From the NCBI GenBank assembly GCA_963665235.2, contig CAXXLX010000002.1:320001-384000 (forward strand): DNA of 64,000 bases, in the 5' to 3' direction. The position numbers and the translations under genes were made by a program. Positions within the stretch are counted from its first letter, which is position 1, and each line of letters opens with the position of its first letter. This stretch comes from Candidatus Poribacteria bacterium (GTDB lineage Bacteria > Poribacteria > WGA-4E > WGA-3G). The notes beneath the pieces were generated by a model. That model was not told the origin of the DNA, ran no database searches, and saw only the letters and a list, made by a program, of their open reading frames with translations. Positions 29,702-40,647 of this stretch are shown piece after piece.

Positions 29702-31093
29702 TTAGTTTCTGCGATTGTTTCCTTTCTTAACTCGAAGGAATGTCGGAATATCCCACGGTTTTTCCTGGTTTCCGGTATCCGTATTCTTATCATCGGGTTG
29801 TTCCGTATCGTCAGGCTGTTCTCTATCTGGTTGTGAGCTGTCTGCTTGACGGTTGGAGGTTCGTGTATTTCTAGCGGGAGGATTGGCACTTTCCTGCTCG
29901 TTGCCTCTTCTTCCGGCTGGCTGCCTTTCAGGTGTGGCTGCCTGCTCTCTTGGATAGGGGTTTCTTGCTGACCTGCTATCCGTTCTGCGGATTCGGCTGC
30001 CTTGTAAGATAGGAGTGCCTCGTTCGGTTTGGCGAAATCTTTGCGGAGAGTTCACAGCGTTCTGTCCGCCTGTCCCGGTGGGACTCGTTGGGCCTGTGCC
30101 AACGTAAGGTTCCCTGCCTTGGTCTGAATCTGAATCGAATCCGGTTGCGATGACAGTGACGAGGACTTCATCGTCGAGTTCCAATTCATTTTTGTTGACT
30201 AATCCGAAGATGGGTTCAGCGTTTTCGGATACGTCCCGGATGACTTTCATCGCCTCGTGCAATTCATGCATCATAAATCCGGGGGGGGCTGTAACATTGA
30301 CAATCATTCCGACTGCCCCTTGAATGTTTGTTTCTTCGAGGAGCGGTGAGGAGATAGCGGCTTCAGCGGCGATTTGCGCGCGATGGTCGCCGGTAGCTCT
30401 TCCCATGCCCATCAGGGCAGTGCCAGCGTCCCGCATAATGGTTTCGACATCGGCGAAGTCAACGTTAATTTCGCCAGCTTCGGTGATAATGTCGGAGATG
30501 CTTTGCACCCCATGCAAGAGGACTTTGTCGCCTTCTCGGAATGTTTCCGTTACCGGCATTTTCCTGTCCATTGCGTCAATGAGCCGTTGGTTCGGAACAA
30601 CGATGACCGAATCTGCGGTACTTCGAAGTTCTTGGAGTCCTACTTCCGCTTGTTCGGCGCGCCGGCGGCCCTCGAAATCGAAGGGACGCGTGACAATACC
30701 GATGGTTAACACCCCTTTTTCACGGGCAAGCGATGCGACAAACGGGGCTGCACCTGTACCAGTGCCGCCGCCCATGCCTGCGGTGATAAAGATCATGTTT
30801 GCACCATCAACGATTTCTTGCAAATGTTCTCGGTCCTCTTCGGCGGCTTTCCTGCCGATTTCTGGGTTTGCCCCGGCACCGAGGCCCTCTGTTGTGTTTA
30901 CACCAATCTGAATTTGTTCAGCCCCTACACATGTTCTCAGGGCTTGATGGTCCGTATTAACAGCATAAAATTCGATACCAGAGAGTCCGGCTTCAATCAT
31001 CCGCTTGACAGCATTTCCGCCTGCTCCGCCTACGCCGATAACTTTTATTCGTGCCGGTGAACTCTTAAATTCTTCTTGTTCAAATTCTATCAT
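29702..31093 (-). CDS. ftsZ: Cell division protein FtsZ
   Basis: GMGGGTGTG, NVDFAD, C-terminal DIPTFLR. Confidence 0.98.
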   Translation of the reverse strand: MIEFEQEEFKSSPARIKVIGVGGAGGNAVKRMIEAGLSGIEFYAVNTDHQALRTCVGAEQIQIGVNTTEGLGAGANPEIGRKAAEEDREHLQEIVDGANMIFITAGMGGGTGTGAAPFVASLAREKGVLTIGIVTRPFDFEGRRRAEQAEVGLQELRSTADSVIVVPNQRLIDAMDRKMPVTETFREGDKVLLHGVQSISDIITEAGEINVDFADVETIMRDAGTALMGMGRATGDHRAQIAAEAAISSPLLEETNIQGAVGMIVNVTAPPGFMMHELHEAMKVIRDVSENAEPIFGLVNKNELELDDEVLVTVIATGFDSDSDQGREPYVGTGPTSPTGTGGQNAVNSPQRFRQTERGTPILQGSRIRRTDSRSARNPYPREQAATPERQPAGRRGNEQESANPPARNTRTSNRQADSSQPDREQPDDTEQPDDKNTDTGNQEKPWDIPTFLRVKKGNNRRN

Positions 31094-31580
31094 TTTTCAT
31101 TTCAGTCGCCTTTGTGGCAAATAGTTCGATGCTGAGCTACATAGCGTGAGCATGGCATCAAATATTTTGATTGTGCTGCACGCTTCTATGCGTTAGCATT
31201 ATTCACCCCGTAGCAACCTATTCCTCCTTCGGCATGCACTTTGTCTTCTGTCGGAGTGCTCTCCTCGGAGCGCTCTCCTATGTCCCAATATAAGTGTTTT
31301 GAATCGTAGCCTCCGCTCACCTGCGGCCGTTGTTGCAGACAGGTTTGTTGTTAAATTAGCTTGTACCTATAGATGCAGGAGGTCCTTTATCTTAGGTATA
31401 TTATACAGTTACTTTAGAATTAAATCAACAAAATGTTTCATGGATGTTCTAAGGTTTGGACATTTTGTTGAAAATAGTTGTCAGAAAGAGGCGTTTTGAT
31501 GCTTTCCAAACCGGTTTGGTGCCTTGCGTCACCTCTTATAGAAAACGATTTGTCAGGGTTCTATAGGTTCACCTGACCTA

Positions 31581-32816
31581 CTAATAGCCGAACCATTCTT
31601 TTACGTGGCGGACGAGTCGGTGGAGCGGGCCCCTGCCTCGTTGCGATAATCGGGCGTGTCTTTCCGCTTGTTGTGAGTATTCACTGTAAAGCACTAATCC
31701 CAGCCCAGTAGCATACGTCGGATAATTGACACGGTCTGTCAGTCCCCCGAGTGTCTTTGGGTATCCGACTTGTGCGCGAAGCGGTATTATCTGTTCCGCC
31801 AATTCTGGCAGCCCTTCCATCAAGGCTGTTCCGCCTGTCAAAACAAGCCCGCCGGGGAGTTCCATGTCTCCAAGCTCACCAGCTATGTGTTCTAAAAGCT
31901 CGACCATCCGGTATTGAATCACTTCTGTGAGTTCAATTCGGCTGATAAAACGGGGGCGGTTGGAACCGCTGGCTATCTGAATGGGGTGAGCGTCATCGTC
32001 TTCCACCCATTCCATCCAGGCGCAGCCTCGGTGAAGTTTAAGTTCTTCTGCTGCGGGCAGTGTTACTTTTAGATATTGGGCTATATCTTTTGTCACGTGT
32101 TGTCCACCGACAGGAAACACTGCAGTGTGTTCAATAGCGTCTTCCTTATAGACAACGATTTCGGTCGTCTGGTCCCCGATATCGACGAGGGCACTGCCGA
32201 CTTTAATTTCATCGCGTGTCAGCACGCCATAAGCCGAGGCTAACGGGGCAACGGCGAGGGCTTCCACATTTGGGATTTCCGCTTTTTCCACGCTATTCAG
32301 TAGATTTTGGATGGCACTGATGCTCCCTGTTATGATATACGCATAGGCTTCCAGACGGGAACCGGACATACCAATAGGTTCCTTAATCTTGTTCTGCTTG
32401 TCAATGACGAAGTTTTGTTCAATGACGTGCAGAATGTGTTGATTATCTGGGATAATGGCATGTGCTTCAGCTGCAGTCATCGCCCTTTCGACATCGCCGT
32501 TGGTAATCTCTGTCGGGTTAGCCACCCTTACCATCCCGTGTGCAGTTTGTCCGACGACATGGTCCCCTGATATACCTACACACACCGCTTCTATTTTGAT
32601 ACCTGCCATCAATTCAGCATCCGAAATCGCTTCTCGGATTGCCTCGGCTGTTGAATTAATGTCAACGATAACGCCTTTCTGCAACCCTTCCGAGTTTGCA
32701 GTGCCAACCCCGATGATTTCCATCTGTGTATTCATGTTAGGCGTAGTGTGACCGACAACGACCGAAATCTTGCTTGAGCCGATATCTAACCCGGCGATGA
32801 TTGTTCCTTTTGCCAT
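31581..32816 (-). CDS. ftsA: Cell division protein FtsA
   Basis: GLDIGSSKI, VLTGG, YATGLGL. Confidence 0.96.
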   Translation of the reverse strand: MAKGTIIAGLDIGSSKISVVVGHTTPNMNTQMEIIGVGTANSEGLQKGVIVDINSTAEAIREAISDAELMAGIKIEAVCVGISGDHVVGQTAHGMVRVANPTEITNGDVERAMTAAEAHAIIPDNQHILHVIEQNFVIDKQNKIKEPIGMSGSRLEAYAYIITGSISAIQNLLNSVEKAEIPNVEALAVAPLASAYGVLTRDEIKVGSALVDIGDQTTEIVVYKEDAIEHTAVFPVGGQHVTKDIAQYLKVTLPAAEELKLHRGCAWMEWVEDDDAHPIQIASGSNRPRFISRIELTEVIQYRMVELLEHIAGELGDMELPGGLVLTGGTALMEGLPELAEQIIPLRAQVGYPKTLGGLTDRVNYPTYATGLGLVLYSEYSQQAERHARLSQRGRGPLHRLVRHVKEWFGY

Positions 32817-33908
32817 TTATCTGTTTTCACCTCCTAAATAAAGTGTATCTTCATATCGGGCATCTAAGTACTTGTAGTTCCTGAATGGGAACGGTGCTCT
32901 GTGGCTCGCTTGTTTTTTGTAGGCGGTGTCCTCCGCTTGTCGGGGGTCTCTGTTTTGAACCCGAACTACGGCGGTATTCGCTTGGGGGTGCTGCTTTGGG
33001 GCGTTTTCCGCTGCAGGCTCTTCTTCGGTTTGTAACAGGAGATGTGCACCCTGTTCCACAAATATAGCGATATGATGGACCCCTACCTCAATTAAATCTG
33101 CTGCAAGCCACACGGGCATCGACAAGGGGACCACCTGAATTTCAATTTTCTGCGGGACTCGTGCGTCAATCTGCTTAACCCGGCTTAGAAGTTCAGGCTC
33201 CTGCAACATCATGATATGTAAGACGCGCAGGCCGAGCTGCGTCGCCTCCGTTTCAATCTGTTCACCAATTTTCAGTACCCCTTTGCCTTCCTCCTGAATT
33301 AGCGGGAATCTATCTTGAAATTGGTCAGGTTCGATAGACTCTAATACATACCCTTTACCGTCTATCAGAAAGAAGTCGGTGCGCTTTTTGCGTGCTCGGG
33401 CACTTGTGCCGACTTGCTGTTGCACGTAAGCTAAGCGTGCAAAACGGCTCCGCTCCGTAATTTGGATAGTTAGCTGCCGTTTTGCCAAATTTTTAGAAAT
33501 CCGCGCCGATTTAATGTAGCTGAGATTTTCCTGTAAATATGCAGCAGCGCGTGTCTCCGAGTCGGTGACAATATTCTCCAGATTGGCCCCTAACACATCG
33601 TAGATTTGCCCTTCTGTATAGTGCACATTTCCGGAAAGTGCCAGGGATACATTTTCAACGTTGAAAAATCCGAGGACGATTTTCGATACGAACAGCAATG
33701 TGACCAAAACAGCCCCTAAGACTGCGATGCGTCGGGCTCGGTATTTATCGGATTTTTTCCTTTTGAGCACAACATGCATCGGACGCGTGTTCTGCGTTGA
33801 GGGCGTTTGAGATTTTTTCACACCTCTGGCTCGCCTGCGCTGTTGTTGCAGGCGGATTTCTGACGAGGATAAGACGGTCTGTCGCGAACGAGAGGCAACG
33901 TTTTTCAT
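32817..33908 (-). CDS. ftsQ: FtsQ/DivIB-like protein
   Basis: Single TM, POTRA-like region, C-terminal YLDARY; lies between murC and ftsA. Confidence 0.75.
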   Translation of the reverse strand: MKNVASRSRQTVLSSSEIRLQQQRRRARGVKKSQTPSTQNTRPMHVVLKRKKSDKYRARRIAVLGAVLVTLLFVSKIVLGFFNVENVSLALSGNVHYTEGQIYDVLGANLENIVTDSETRAAAYLQENLSYIKSARISKNLAKRQLTIQITERSRFARLAYVQQQVGTSARARKKRTDFFLIDGKGYVLESIEPDQFQDRFPLIQEEGKGVLKIGEQIETEATQLGLRVLHIMMLQEPELLSRVKQIDARVPQKIEIQVVPLSMPVWLAADLIEVGVHHIAIFVEQGAHLLLQTEEEPAAENAPKQHPQANTAVVRVQNRDPRQAEDTAYKKQASHRAPFPFRNYKYLDARYEDTLYLGGENR

Positions 33909-35275
33909 TTTTCTCTTTTCCTTAAAAATTCGTGTCCAACGTTCACGATGTCCCCAGCACCTAGTGTGATGACTAAGTCATTCGGGCGCGTAATTTCCAT
34001 CAATATGTCTACTATCTTATCCATATCCGCTGCGTAAATTACATTCGGATGCCCATGTGCCTCTATTGCCCGCGCCAAATTTTCGCCAGTCACATTCTCT
34101 ATCGGTTGCTCACCGGCCCCATAGATTGATGTCACAATTAGGACATCTGCCTGATAAAAAGCACGCGAAAACTCTTCAGCTAAATCTCTGACTCGGGCAT
34201 ATCGGTGGGGTTGGAAAACAGCGACAATTCGCCGGTTGTATCCATCCCGTGCTCCCTGGAGGGCTGCTCTCAGTTTGGCTGGATTATGTGCGTAATCATC
34301 CACGACAATAATATCATCCTGATCTTCAAGCACCTCAAAACGGCGATGCACCCCCTGAAACCTCTCAAGTTCCTGCCGAATCAGGTCAAACGGAAGCTCC
34401 AATTCAAGACCGACCGCAATTGCGGCTAACGAATTGGCAATGTTGTGCCGCCCTGGCATCTTAAGATGAACCTCGCCGTAGGCATCACCATTTTTCTTAA
34501 CCTGATACCGTGAGGTGGGCCCCTCAATCCGAATGTTATCGGCTATGATGTCTGCGCGCGTTTCCAAACCGTACGTCACAAATTTTTTCCTTATCTCCGG
34601 GATAAACTTTTGAATGTTTTCCTGGTCAAGGCACAAAACGGCTGTTCCGTAAAACGGAACCTTATTAATAAAGTTCAGAAACGTTTTGCCGATTTCATCG
34701 ATATCGTTGTAATAGTCTAGATGGTCAGCATCTACAGAGGTTACGACAGCAATAGTGGGATAGAACATCTCTATTGAGCCGTACGCTTCGTCTGCTTCAA
34801 CGACCATGACTTCTCCGTGTCCACTGCGAGCGTTACTCCCTCCCATCAGTTTACCGCCTACGACTACTGTCGGATCAAGTGAGGCTAAAACGGCGGATGT
34901 CATTGCGGTTGTAGTTGTTTTTCCGTGCGTTCCACTTACAGCGATGCTGTAACTCATCCGCGTAATCTCGTTCAACATCTCCGCCCCCCGGACGATGGGG
35001 ATTTTTTCATGAATGGCTGTTTGTAATTCCGGATTGTCCGAGGGAATAGCGGGCGACATGACAACGACATCGGCACCTTCAACCTGGCATGCAGTGTGCC
35101 TGTACCATATCTTTGCGCCATGTGCTTCGAGATTCTCTGTTGTGCTCGAACGCTGCAGGTCAGAGCCTGTCACATGAAAACCTTGGTCTATAAGCACTTT
35201 GGCAATTCCGCTCAAACCTGCCCCGCCTATGCCTATAATATGAATGTGTCGCGTCTTTCCAAATTTTTGAATCAT
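33905..35275 (-). CDS. murC: UDP-N-acetylmuramate-L-alanine ligase
   Basis: GIGGAGLS, GTHGKTTTT, DDYAHNP, FQPHRY. Confidence 0.97.
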   Translation of the reverse strand: MIQKFGKTRHIHIIGIGGAGLSGIAKVLIDQGFHVTGSDLQRSSTTENLEAHGAKIWYRHTACQVEGADVVVMSPAIPSDNPELQTAIHEKIPIVRGAEMLNEITRMSYSIAVSGTHGKTTTTAMTSAVLASLDPTVVVGGKLMGGSNARSGHGEVMVVEADEAYGSIEMFYPTIAVVTSVDADHLDYYNDIDEIGKTFLNFINKVPFYGTAVLCLDQENIQKFIPEIRKKFVTYGLETRADIIADNIRIEGPTSRYQVKKNGDAYGEVHLKMPGRHNIANSLAAIAVGLELELPFDLIRQELERFQGVHRRFEVLEDQDDIIVVDDYAHNPAKLRAALQGARDGYNRRIVAVFQPHRYARVRDLAEEFSRAFYQADVLIVTSIYGAGEQPIENVTGENLARAIEAHGHPNVIYAADMDKIVDILMEITRPNDLVITLGAGDIVNVGHEFLRKREK

Positions 35276-36456
35276 GAAGCCTCCGTTTGCCTACCACTGC
35301 GGACTGCCGATGAAGGGTGTGCCGCTGCGAGCCGATAAATTGATTCAGCAATTGTATCGCTTGCAAATGGGCGGCCGAGCCCTTCGCTCGCTGTTTTCAT
35401 CTGCCGATAGGTCTCTTCATCTGTAACAATATGTATCAGCTTTGACACAAGTGCTTCAACTGTCAATTGCTCCTGTTCAAAAACGATGGCGGCTCCAGCA
35501 CTTGCAACAGTCTCCGCGTTCCTGACCTGATTATTGCCAACAGCCGCAGGTAAGGGTATAAAAATTGCAGGAATACCGCACGCGGTCACTTCCGAAACGG
35601 TCATGCCCCCTGCCCTACAAATCATGACATCTGTAATGCTATAAATTTCCTCAACCTGCTCGAAAAAGGGCTGCACGTGATGCCGTATCCCCCACTTCTC
35701 GTAGGCCGCCCGAACTCGCTCGGCATCTGTCTTCCCAGTTTGATGCACGACTTGTAGCAGAGACGCTGCAGCTTCAGCAAGCAGCGGACTCGCTTCTATC
35801 ATTGCGTCATTAACAGCACGGGCACCTTGGCTCCCGCCCATCACAAACACCGTTTTAACCCCTGCCAGGTCTCCGTCGCTGGTGAGGGAGATGGGGGGTA
35901 TCAGGTTCAGCTTCCGATAGGTCTCTGCACGCCGCGGGTAGCTTGTTATCCCGGGACGAATCGGGTTGCCTGTTACCTCTACAATATTCTCCGGGAAACG
36001 TTGTGCCTCCGGGGTTAATGCAAGATATGCCGCCTTGGCCCTTCTTGCAAGCAGGCAATTTGTTAAACCGGGTGAGGCGTTTTGCTCCTGTATCGCTGTC
36101 GGTATACCCAGTAGGGACGCAGCAAACAGCACCGGGCCTGATACATACCCACCCGTACCGATAACAACATCCGGACGAAGTTGTCTCAGATACTTCAAAG
36201 ACTGTAAGAGCCCCAGGCAGCTTTTGGAGATAACCGGAAACCACCGCCATGTCACTCGACGCGGGAAACCTTCAACGGTAATAGGTAAAAACTGAAAACC
36301 TACTTGCGGGACCAACGTTGCCTCTAAACGTCCTTTGCCTCCGATAAAAACGATATCCACGTTCGGATTGCGCCGCTGAAGGGCTTGTGCAATACCGATA
36401 GCAGGATAAATATGCCCGCCTGTCCCGCCGCCTGCCAAAACAAATTTTTGAATCAT
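35272..36456 (-). CDS. murG: Lipid II GlcNAc transferase
   Basis: GGGTGGHIYP, GGSQGA. Confidence 0.97.
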   Translation of the reverse strand: MIQKFVLAGGGTGGHIYPAIGIAQALQRRNPNVDIVFIGGKGRLEATLVPQVGFQFLPITVEGFPRRVTWRWFPVISKSCLGLLQSLKYLRQLRPDVVIGTGGYVSGPVLFAASLLGIPTAIQEQNASPGLTNCLLARRAKAAYLALTPEAQRFPENIVEVTGNPIRPGITSYPRRAETYRKLNLIPPISLTSDGDLAGVKTVFVMGGSQGARAVNDAMIEASPLLAEAAASLLQVVHQTGKTDAERVRAAYEKWGIRHHVQPFFEQVEEIYSITDVMICRAGGMTVSEVTACGIPAIFIPLPAAVGNNQVRNAETVASAGAAIVFEQEQLTVEALVSKLIHIVTDEETYRQMKTASEGLGRPFASDTIAESIYRLAAAHPSSAVRSGRQTEAS

Positions 36457-36557
36457 GTGGCCTCCGTTCGCCTGCTGCCGTTGTTGCAGGCGGGGTTGTT
36501 CCTAAAAAATCTCACAATCATGAGATGAGGTGTTGTGAATTTGACATGTACTGTCTG

Positions 36558-37745
36558 TCAACGTTGTGTTTTCTGTACATGACGGGAAACGTTCAAAAGC
36601 ATCCCAACGCTTACCAAACTAACTACCAGGGATGAACCGCCGTAACTCAGAAACGGAAGTGTAATCCCCTTTGTGGGCAACAGTCCTGTTACAACGCCAA
36701 TATTGATGAACGCTTGTAGCCCAATAACGATTGTCAGTCCTGTTGCAAATAGTGCCCCAAACCGGTCCTCTGTGTGCATCGCGATAGAGATGCCACGCCA
36801 AATAAAAATCATAAAGATAAGCGTGACACTCCCTGTTCCGATAAATCCGAATTCTTCTGCCAGTACCGAGAAAATAAAATCTGTATGCGGATACGGCAAA
36901 TAATTTATTTTCGCAACGCTCTCGTCAATGCCGACCCCGAATAGGCCTCCCCATCTCAGCGCATTTAGGGAACGTTCCAACTGATAGCCAATCTCACCTG
37001 TTGATTGTAAGGATGCCCAATAATCTGTTAAACGTTTCAAACGGTAAGGGTCCATCATAATAAACACTGCTAATACCGCCACGCCAACGCCTGCCAATAT
37101 AAGGGTTTGTGAGAAGCGAATCCCCCCTACGAAAAGCAGAAACCCCACCGTTGCAGCTAGCAGCACAGCGGAACCGAAATCCGGTTGGGCGGCTACTAGG
37201 GCAAATGCTGACCCCAGCACGATGACGTTCGGCAGAACGCCGTTGAAAAAACTCTTGATACGTTCCGGATTTCGTGCTAAAAAACGCGCCGTGTGGATAA
37301 TCAACGCAATTTTCGCAAATTCCACCGGTTGAAACCGGAGCCCTCCTCTTTCTATCCAGCGATTAAATCTTCCGCCCGCCGCCCCCTGAACAGCACTCCC
37401 GAACCAAGGCGTGAATACCAAAATTAACCCTACAAACGCCAGAATAAGCAATTTCGTACTGTGTCTTTCATAAAATCGATACGGAATATAGGAAGCCACT
37501 CCCATCCCTATCAAGCCGATGATGCACGCGATTACCTGCACCTTTAAATAGCGGTAACTATCACCGTCATACTTTATCGCCGATAGCAGGTGACCGGCAC
37601 TGTAAACCATCAAAATACCTATCCCAACTGAGCATAGCGTGACGGCAAGTAGGACAGCATCAGCTTTGCCTGACCCAGCACTTGGTGCCTCTGTTCTCTC
37701 AATTTGCTGCGTGCGCGAATACGAATGATTAAGGGTTTGAATCAT
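36558..37745 (-). CDS. ftsW: SEDS family protein FtsW
   Basis: QPVEFAK, HTDFIFS, LPFLSYGGSS; start MIQTLN. Confidence 0.95.
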   Translation of the reverse strand: MIQTLNHSYSRTQQIERTEAPSAGSGKADAVLLAVTLCSVGIGILMVYSAGHLLSAIKYDGDSYRYLKVQVIACIIGLIGMGVASYIPYRFYERHSTKLLILAFVGLILVFTPWFGSAVQGAAGGRFNRWIERGGLRFQPVEFAKIALIIHTARFLARNPERIKSFFNGVLPNVIVLGSAFALVAAQPDFGSAVLLAATVGFLLFVGGIRFSQTLILAGVGVAVLAVFIMMDPYRLKRLTDYWASLQSTGEIGYQLERSLNALRWGGLFGVGIDESVAKINYLPYPHTDFIFSVLAEEFGFIGTGSVTLIFMIFIWRGISIAMHTEDRFGALFATGLTIVIGLQAFINIGVVTGLLPTKGITLPFLSYGGSSLVVSLVSVGMLLNVSRHVQKTQR

Positions 37746-39285
37746 TTGACCTCCCCTCGCCTGCTTTGAGTGCATTCACAGCCTTTTTAAAGGCATCTCC
37801 ACGTGCTTTATAGTCCGTATACATATCAAAACTTGCGTTCGCCGGTGATAAAAGGACGATATCCCCGGGGATTGCATGCCGATACGCAACACTAACGGCA
37901 TCTTCCATCGTCGCAGCATGCCACATATCGCTGCATCCAGCAAGTGTCTGCTCTATGTACTGTGTATGTTCCCCAAGTAAGACTAAGCCTTTAACAGTCG
38001 TCCCAACAAGTTCAGTGAGTGCTGCGTAATCGTTCCCTTTATCGTAACCGCCTATGATTAAAAGCACGCGTTTCGAGGTGCTAGCTTGTGTGAACATGCC
38101 TGCGACCGATTCAAGTGCTGCAGCTGTTGCTATGACGTTCGTTGCCTTAGAATCGTTTATAAATTCTACATCGTTGATGAGGGTTACCTTTTCAAAAGCG
38201 TGCTCTAGTGCAGGGTGCCCTCTATTAAATTCTATGAGGGCCTGTCGCATCGCCGCGGGGGTTACCTCAAAAATCGTTCCGACGGTTATGGCTGCAAGCG
38301 CGTTTCGCACATTATGTGCTCCTGCCAACGGCATATCGGTTATATCACAAACCCACTGCTCTCGGTTGTTCCTATTCGCGTAGATGCCAATCGTGTTTCC
38401 ATTCTTTTTAAGTCGTGTGTCTGTCCTGCTGGTCTGCCTATGCGTTTCCTCTGCTAACCCTGCTGTTTGCGTTTCTTCTGCTAACCCCCCTGCTTGTGTT
38501 TCCTCTGCTAACCCCCCTGCTTGTGGGGGGGATATGGGGGGGCCGCAGCCCGTATCTGTGAAGTATGCTTTTTGAGCAGCTGTCACCTGCCCAAAGCTTC
38601 TCACTGTTGCATCATCGGCATTTAGGACTATCCACTCCGCGTCTGTCTGGTTAGCATATATCTTCCGCTTAGCGTTACAGTAAGCCTCCATGGTACGGTG
38701 TCGGTCAAGATGGTCGCGTGAGAAATTCAGCACAACACTCACCGCAGGCCGAAAAGTTTCAGTAGTTTCTAACTGAAAACTGCTCGTCTCAACGACTGCT
38801 ATATCGTCGGGGGTGAGCGTTAAAACCTCGTTCGCTAATGGAACCCCAATATTTCCGGCAACCGCAACCTTACCAAACATGTTGCTTTCCTTCAGAATCG
38901 CTGCTGTCAACAGCGTCGTCGTTGATTTCCCTTTTGTCCCTGTGATAGCGACAATAGGGGCTTGACAGAGACTTGCCGATACCTCTAACTCACCCAAAAT
39001 CGGGATGCCGTTTTGCTGTGCTTCGTGCAGAATCGGAATATCCAACGGGACCCCAGGAGATACCACAATTAACGCAGCGTTGGCGATACACGCGGCTTCA
39101 TGCCCACCCAGGTGAAATTGAACCGCGGTCCCCTTCAACTGTGCTATCTCTGCGGACAATGCATCGGCATCACGCATATCCGTAACGGAAACAGATGCAC
39201 CGAATTTATTTAGCAGCTTCGCAATTGCAATCCCACTTCGGTTCGCCCCGAAAACAGTGATAGGTAATTGGTAATCGGTTTTCAT
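37729..39285 (-). CDS. murD: UDP-MurNAc-L-Ala-D-Glu ligase
   Basis: GTKGKSTT, DHLDRH, NDSKATN, LLSPANASFD. Confidence 0.95.
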   Translation of the reverse strand: MKTDYQLPITVFGANRSGIAIAKLLNKFGASVSVTDMRDADALSAEIAQLKGTAVQFHLGGHEAACIANAALIVVSPGVPLDIPILHEAQQNGIPILGELEVSASLCQAPIVAITGTKGKSTTTLLTAAILKESNMFGKVAVAGNIGVPLANEVLTLTPDDIAVVETSSFQLETTETFRPAVSVVLNFSRDHLDRHRTMEAYCNAKRKIYANQTDAEWIVLNADDATVRSFGQVTAAQKAYFTDTGCGPPISPPQAGGLAEETQAGGLAEETQTAGLAEETHRQTSRTDTRLKKNGNTIGIYANRNNREQWVCDITDMPLAGAHNVRNALAAITVGTIFEVTPAAMRQALIEFNRGHPALEHAFEKVTLINDVEFINDSKATNVIATAAALESVAGMFTQASTSKRVLLIIGGYDKGNDYAALTELVGTTVKGLVLLGEHTQYIEQTLAGCSDMWHAATMEDAVSVAYRHAIPGDIVLLSPANASFDMYTDYKARGDAFKKAVNALKAGEGRSNDSNP

Positions 39286-39305
39286 GAGCCATTAACCATT
39301 TCCCT

Positions 39306-40436
39306 TTATCTCAATTTTAGCGTACTTAACGCAAGCAGCATCAAAATCAGCCCAACAATCCAAAAACGGATAACGACTTTAGATTCCTTCCAGCCCGAAA
39401 GCAAAAAATGATAATGAAGCGGAGACATCTTGATAACACGTTTCCCAAATGTTCTGTAAGACCATACCTGAATGATAACCGATAACGCCTCCGCTACAAA
39501 GATACCGCCAACGATGATGAGGAGAAATTCCTGTTTTACCAATAGGGCAGCAGTCCCAAGCGTCGCGCCGAGCGTTAAGGAGCCTGTATCTCCCATAAAA
39601 AGTTGAGCGGGGTGCCCATTGTACCATAAAAACCCTAACCCTGCCCCTACTAAGGCCGCACAAAAAACCGTTGCAACTTCTCCTGCAATAGGTAGGTGAA
39701 AAATATTCAGGTAGTCTGCCCCGATACTGTGACTCGTCATATACCCTAACACACTGAAGGTGACGGCAACTAAGAGGGTGCATCCAATAGCTAGGCCATC
39801 CATACCATCTGTCAGATTAACCGCGTTTGAAGTTCCAACAATCACCAAGGTTGCAAAAGGGATAAATAGAATGCCGAGATTCGGCTGCAAATCCTTGAAA
39901 AACGGGAGACTCAGCGAGGTCCGGACGGCAATATCGCTTGCCTCCGCTGCTGCTATAGGCGGGCCCCACTTATAAAGATAGAAGGCAATAGCTAAGCCGC
40001 CTACAGTTTGCAGTGCTATTTTATGCCACCCGCGTAACCCGAGTGATTGCCCTTTGCTGATTTTGCTTATATCGTCCAGGAAACCCAACCCGCCAAAGTA
40101 CAGTGTCGTGAAAAGCATAAGATAGATATACGGCTGATCGAGACGGGCCCAGAAGAGCACAGATATAAGCACCGAAACAATGATAAGGATACCGCCCATT
40201 GTTGGCGTGCCTGCTTTACCCTGCTTCTCGCTACTCTCTTGTGCCTTTTCCACCTCCTCCTGAATATGCTCCCCGATACGTAGCTGTTTCAACCGAGCTA
40301 TCATAAACGGGCCCAGGACGAGGGAGATAATCAGCGCGGTCGCGGTTGCATAAATTGCGCGGAAGCTGATATAACGAAAAATATTGAAAGGCGAAAACAG
40401 CTCTAGGAGGTTTTCAAAAAACAGATGATAAAACAA
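39306..40436 (-). CDS. mraY: Phospho-MurNAc-pentapeptide transferase
   Basis: KAGTPTMGG, NLTDGMDG, FMGDTGSL; likely TTG start (MFYHLF). Confidence 0.95.
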   Translation of the reverse strand: MFYHLFFENLLELFSPFNIFRYISFRAIYATATALIISLVLGPFMIARLKQLRIGEHIQEEVEKAQESSEKQGKAGTPTMGGILIIVSVLISVLFWARLDQPYIYLMLFTTLYFGGLGFLDDISKISKGQSLGLRGWHKIALQTVGGLAIAFYLYKWGPPIAAAEASDIAVRTSLSLPFFKDLQPNLGILFIPFATLVIVGTSNAVNLTDGMDGLAIGCTLLVAVTFSVLGYMTSHSIGADYLNIFHLPIAGEVATVFCAALVGAGLGFLWYNGHPAQLFMGDTGSLTLGATLGTAALLVKQEFLLIIVGGIFVAEALSVIIQVWSYRTFGKRVIKMSPLHYHFLLSGWKESKVVIRFWIVGLILMLLALSTLKLR

Positions 40437-40647
40437 TTGAATCGTAGCCTCCGCTCGCCTGCGACCTGACTGTTGACTTCGCTGGCTATTGGCTTCGCTG
40501 GTTATTGGCTTGTGGCTTGTGGCTATTAGCAAGAGAAAGAGGACTCTAAAGCGCGTCAGAAACCTATTTAGAATCTGAAACTCTTGCCAATTGCCAATCG
40601 CTAATCGCCAATGAGCTAATCGCCATACTACAACAAACCGCAAGGAA

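Noticed and set aside
40437-40643. Long N-terminal extensions of MraY (also the TPR protein, ArgJ and Ddl)
   Set aside because: Extensions translate repeat or IS-end DNA; downstream starts fit the family N-termini
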